64,000 bases of DNA from Takakia lepidozioides (lineage: Eukaryota > Plantae > Bryophyta), in contig CM060731.1 of NCBI GenBank assembly GCA_030704615.1, positions 56,916,001 through 56,980,000 of the forward strand. Reading direction: 5' to 3'. The position numbers were made by a program, and so were the translations under genes. Below the pieces are notes generated by a model, which searched no databases, was not told the origin of the DNA, and saw only the letters and a list, made by a program, of their open reading frames with translations. Below, one piece after another: positions 59,798-64,000 of this stretch. Numbering within the stretch: the first letter of the stretch is position 1; each line of letters opens with the position of its first letter.

Positions 59798-60635
59798 CAA
59801 TAGAGTGGACGCAAAATTCGTACTGTAGTAGGACAGTACTGCATCAGGGACAATGTACTAATATGTCATGTGCGACTTTAGGATGATCTGGTCAAGTTTC
59901 AGTTTATCTCAATTGTAAGATCAGAATTTGATCTTAGAGGGATGGTATCTGTGATTTCACTTGCAATCCTGACTCTTTCGAGAATTGCCAACGAAATAAC
60001 AGTCGACATCTTAGCATGATGGGTTACCCCACAAAATATCACACACTACCCATCGACATCTTGAAACCATAGTACTACTGGATCTAAACTTGGAAAAAAC
60101 ATCATCATTCTCACTAGAGTTGGGAATTTCTGCTCTGCTCTTGTATGCACCCCATCAAATTCTTCGCACATAATTTGGTCTTAGAAATTCTTAGCATCCA
60201 GCAGATGGCCAGTGGTTAGGGCACAAGCCCCAAATCTTTCAACTTGCCCGGGAAGGTTGGATGTTTGGTCGTTACAAGATGTCCACTGTCCAAACTCCAA
60301 ACATGAGGCGATAGCCTTGGGGGTAAAGCGACAGAACCGGACGGCACAAGTCATTTATTTTGGCTCCCCCAGAGATTCTTGGAGTTATTAGCCCACACTT
60401 GGGTAACAGAACACTTGGGGTAAGGGATAGTTCACTCCTGATCTTTATTAAATCTTTGACCTGATCACGGATTAAATAGTCGACTTGGGCGATCCTTGTG
60501 AATATAGATTGTATACTTCATAATTATGATATGGGCATCACTGATGAAATGTCCCATTTTACACTAGACTGGATGAGAGCAAATAAAAGTCACAATGCCT
60601 CCAAAAGGATAACCTCTCCTTGTGTGCAAGCTTTG
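59798..60635. repeat. 3' flank of P450 copy 3 (uninterrupted, empty-site version)
   Basis: Reverse complement of 47308-47493 joined directly to ~33085-33636. Confidence 0.85.
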
Positions 60636-61075
60636 AGACTGTCCCACAGAACAATGCACTAAAGTTCCGTTCCCGGTCTCAACACCCACTCAACATGTCA
60701 CATATGCTATGTTTACAGAACTACATTACAGCCGAGCAGTACACACTGCGGATGTAAGAGAGCTTCACAGATTTCTTGGACCAGGTTTGAAAAGCCCTGT
60801 TGTCTTTGTACTTCATGAAATGGTTTGTCAAGTTTTCCAGATGTCCCTATGTCAATGATATGTACTGTTGCATTTTTTTGAGACAGGGATCAGCACTGAT
60901 CACCTGGTGGAGAAAATACTCAATCCAGAAAATCACGTCACTGTGCATACACATTTCTTGGATTGTAAACTGGCATTGTGAGTTTTTTGTGTTTGAAGTG
61001 AGCAACAGATGTGTTCCCATAGGGATTGTCTTTCGTTCAAAGGCATGTGAGCTGTTTGCTGTGTGCTATTCACAG

Positions 61076-61240
61076 GGCCATCAAAGACAGACAAAGGTAG
61101 GGGAAGAGTGGGAAGGCTGTTGTGGCCACTAAGTTTGCAGCACTGCCCGGGCGCTGTACAAAACATAGTGTGTTGGCAGCTCTGCGAGATTCACTTAGCA
61201 GGCTTGGTCTTGAATCTGTGGATCTTTACCAACGTCATTG
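61076..61240 (+). pseudogene. Orphan exon of an aldo-keto reductase
   Basis: CAG | ...[41 protein letters not shown] | GTATG matches the AKR ATK...SL.RL....DLYQ.HW core. One in-frame TAG. Confidence 0.75.
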
Positions 61241-62759
61241 GTATGTTTGAGTTTCTTCTTTGGAACATGCAATTTGGCCATCCAAGTTCAACGAGAAGGC
61301 CATAGATGTTTGCCTTTGGAACAATATTGTCAAGTAATTGTGTAAGTTGATGGAGGATGACACAAGGGCAAGCAAGTGAAGTAACTAGATATTATATTTG
61401 GTCTCTTCGCCAAGGGAAGGCACTTTCTTGGATACTATACTTAATCTAGGGATTTCAGACACAGGCACTTTGTTATGTAAGGACAGTGACAATTGGCCAG
61501 TGGCTTGGTCAAACCAGTGGTCTAGCTTTGTAAAAGTGGTGCAAGAATGTGATGGTGTCAATGCATTATTCTCGCCACATGGGCACTGGATAGAATTCAC
61601 ATGTGACCTCCCCTACAATTTTGGAAAGGGAAAAATAAAACACTGGTGTGTGTGCAATTTTTAATTACAGTTTTAACTTTTCTTCCATCTAATAATCCCT
61701 ATGGTTTTGTATATATTCTTTATTATCTTGAATAAAAGGGGACCGCCCAAGTTTATTTGGGAAGAGCTTTTCTCCCAATCCCACACCGGACCTACTGAGC
61801 TCATTCCCTGCACAAATGCATTGTAATCAACACACTACCTCCAGCTGGAAAAATACTTTCTGAAACAAATCCCCTGGTCTATAGCAGTTACAATGAATAT
61901 AGCATGCTTGCCTCTGTCCATGAAGAAGACTGGTCTAGGTGACAAACAGTATTGTCTGGATGGATCTCCATCAATGAATAGGAGGCCAGTGAATCAGCTG
62001 GCAAATGAACAAAGAGCCCCTGGTTCCATGGATGTGCTTTGGTGTGCACAATGCAAGTTATTGCCCATGATTGCAGCACCCTTGATCAACTTGCTCTCTC
62101 TTTGTCTCTCTCACTACATACACACTATGAAATAGTAACTCTGCTGAATGATTTTTTTGATGGTTTAGACCGTGACTGGAAGAAGCTGCCGCTGACACTT
62201 GTATACAATTCACGCCACAAGAAGGATTTTCAACTGCTCTAGAATACAATTGAGCTCTTAAACTGAGAAGACTGCTGCAGCTTGGAAGCACCATTCAATA
62301 TTGTCAGCCAAATCATAAAACAGAGATACCTCTTTAGCATCACATGAGTCCCGTTCAACTCTCAGACCTAGTTGCTCTCGGAAGCTGCACAACTATCGAA
62401 GCCCTTTCAAGGGAACCAGACGTTATCGTATGTGAGTGCGCCCCAATGAGCCGTACGCTATTATCCATCAACTTAACAAGATGAGAGTGTTTGCTATGGC
62501 AAGGCATCATAAACGACAGAGTTGGAGAAGCAGAAAAAGAGCCTGGAAGTGTGCCATGATGTCAAAAGAACTGCTTCCCTTCCTGCTCAGCCGCTTTTGG
62601 AACTTGAAGAAGATGGCTAAGACTGAAGACAGCTGAAGGATGGTGGATCCTTACCCCCTTTCAGCTTATAGGCGTGAGGGATTAACCTCTTCCACGATAC
62701 TGCCCCGGCAATCCAGGGAAAGCCAGAAAAGAGCTGTCTATGGTGCTATGGCTAACCCA

Positions 62760-63510
62760 TAGAACAACACCAATTTGGTATGGTACAAGGATGATCTCAA
62801 GGGCCTACCTACCCTTGGCACTAGACTGTAATTTAAATTCAGGGCGGGAAGCCTACCTTTGAACAAAAAAGAGATGCTGAGAGGAAGAGGAGATTGCCCA
62901 ATGTGCGGGCAGCCTGAGACAATATCCACTTTCTGATACATTGTCCAGCATACTCAGCAGATAGTGACCCACTTCAGGAACATCCCACAACATTCCCGCA
63001 CCTCTGTTCACCAACTTCAAATTCTTGAGGCTCAGCATAAAGCCCTGGCCCTGTTGGGGTCTACTTGTTGGGAAGCTCAGACACAGCAAGCTGATACTTG
63101 TGTGAAGGGCTTACTAGAGGATATCTGGAGAACCTGAACCAATTGTCTTTACCAAGGTAAGTCACACTACTGGAGTGAATCCCTCACGAAAGGTAGTATT
63201 AATTGTGGCAGCTAGGGCATAAAAGGGATCCTTATTTGACAACCTGAATGAAAGGTTTCAGAAAGGTAAAACATACATCTCCATGAGATCTTTCCATTTC
63301 AATATTCCTCCAACAAGAAAAGACAAGCTTTTGAAGTGATGCACATTGTGAATGCTTTTGCTTAGCATTACTTCATGGAACACATTGACCACCATCAAGA
63401 TTGATCAGCTCAGATTATAAACCTAATCCAACAATGAATGGAGATGATGTACCCAGAAGACGTTCTTTGCCATAGCCTTGTGGCCATAGACCCTGTGCCC
63501 AGTTTGGTCC
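62760..63510. mobile_element. LINE 3'-region fragments related to the 51570-52030 segment
   Basis: Plus strand GSLPLN..GDCPMCGQPETISTF at ~62845-62935. The minus-strand 3' end motif TAGCCTTGTGGCCAT(A/T)GACCC occurs at ~63474, with related copies at ~51601 and ~56138. Confidence 0.65.
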
Positions 63511-63699
63511 TCACCCAGGTCACAGACTGGAAACTGTATGTTGACTATGACGTATTGCAAGGGTAATTGTGTATAATGAACCAGAATATGTCACGGAGGC
63601 TGGTGTACACACGCTCTGCAACAAAAACACAGTCGATTTGAGCATGCTATGATGCCCCATCTAGCCACAGATGTGACACCCAGTCACACTGAGTCCAGA

Positions 63700-64000
63700 A
63701 AAGGGTTAAGCAAGAAATGAAACGAACTGGTACTTTATAACATTACCGTACAGCTCAAAGACCTCATCGGACAAGAGAAAGAAAGAAAGAAAAATAGAGA
63801 GGGACCCTCCACAAGCAGCCCAAAAGCAAGTATGTTCAAGCCATTGTCTAAGAGTCAATGCCTCATGCAGGTAAGCTGCCAAGCATTTCTGATCCTCGAA
63901 ATGGAAGACCTCCATGAGCAATTGGGTATCATGGAAAAAAGAATTGAATCCTCCACGGATCTCGTAGTACAAAGGCAGTGAAAGAAGAAATATTCTTCAC
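63700..64000 (-). mobile_element. LINE C-terminal fragment paralogous to 700-940
   Basis: LYYEIRGGFNSFF...QKCLAAYLHEALTLRQ; shares GCAGGTAAGCTGCCAAGCATTTCTGAT with the copy at ~802. Confidence 0.6.

Noticed and set aside
1-64000. rRNA, tRNA or prokaryotic operons
   Set aside because: None recognised. Spliceosomal introns and plant TE families indicate plant nuclear DNA.

Overview
Plant nuclear DNA dominated by transposons. It is probably from a non-seed land plant; this is an inference from the PLS-class PPR repeats and the TE families present. The only intact host-type genes are two intronless CYP71-clan cytochrome P450 paralogues (CYP77/89-like; 4483-6069 and 47494-49083, minus strand). 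A third, 5'-truncated and frameshifted inverted copy lies at 58932-59797, and all three share duplicated 3' flanks. The most unusual object (~13950-25763) is a decayed element that ends in a CACTA-type terminus and holds two head-to-head spliced genes. One encodes a ParB/Sulfiredoxin-fold protein (WDGNHR motif). The other encodes a GCM-like Zn finger / Mutator-like DDE / SWIM transposase. The ParB-like gene carries 13 copies of a 20-bp palindrome, TGAGTGCG-N4-CGCACTCA, 11 of them in a regularly phased array reminiscent of parS sites. An inversion appears to have split this element and the L1 LINE it inserted into. Other elements: a 13.7-kb composite insertion in the flank of P450 copy 2 (palindromic arrays, a shuffled transposase, and a nested Pack-type element carrying PDF-motif/PPR fragments); a near-complete PIF/Harbinger element; a TTAA-flanked piggyBac-like MITE; several LINE remnants; and an orphan aldo-keto reductase exon.
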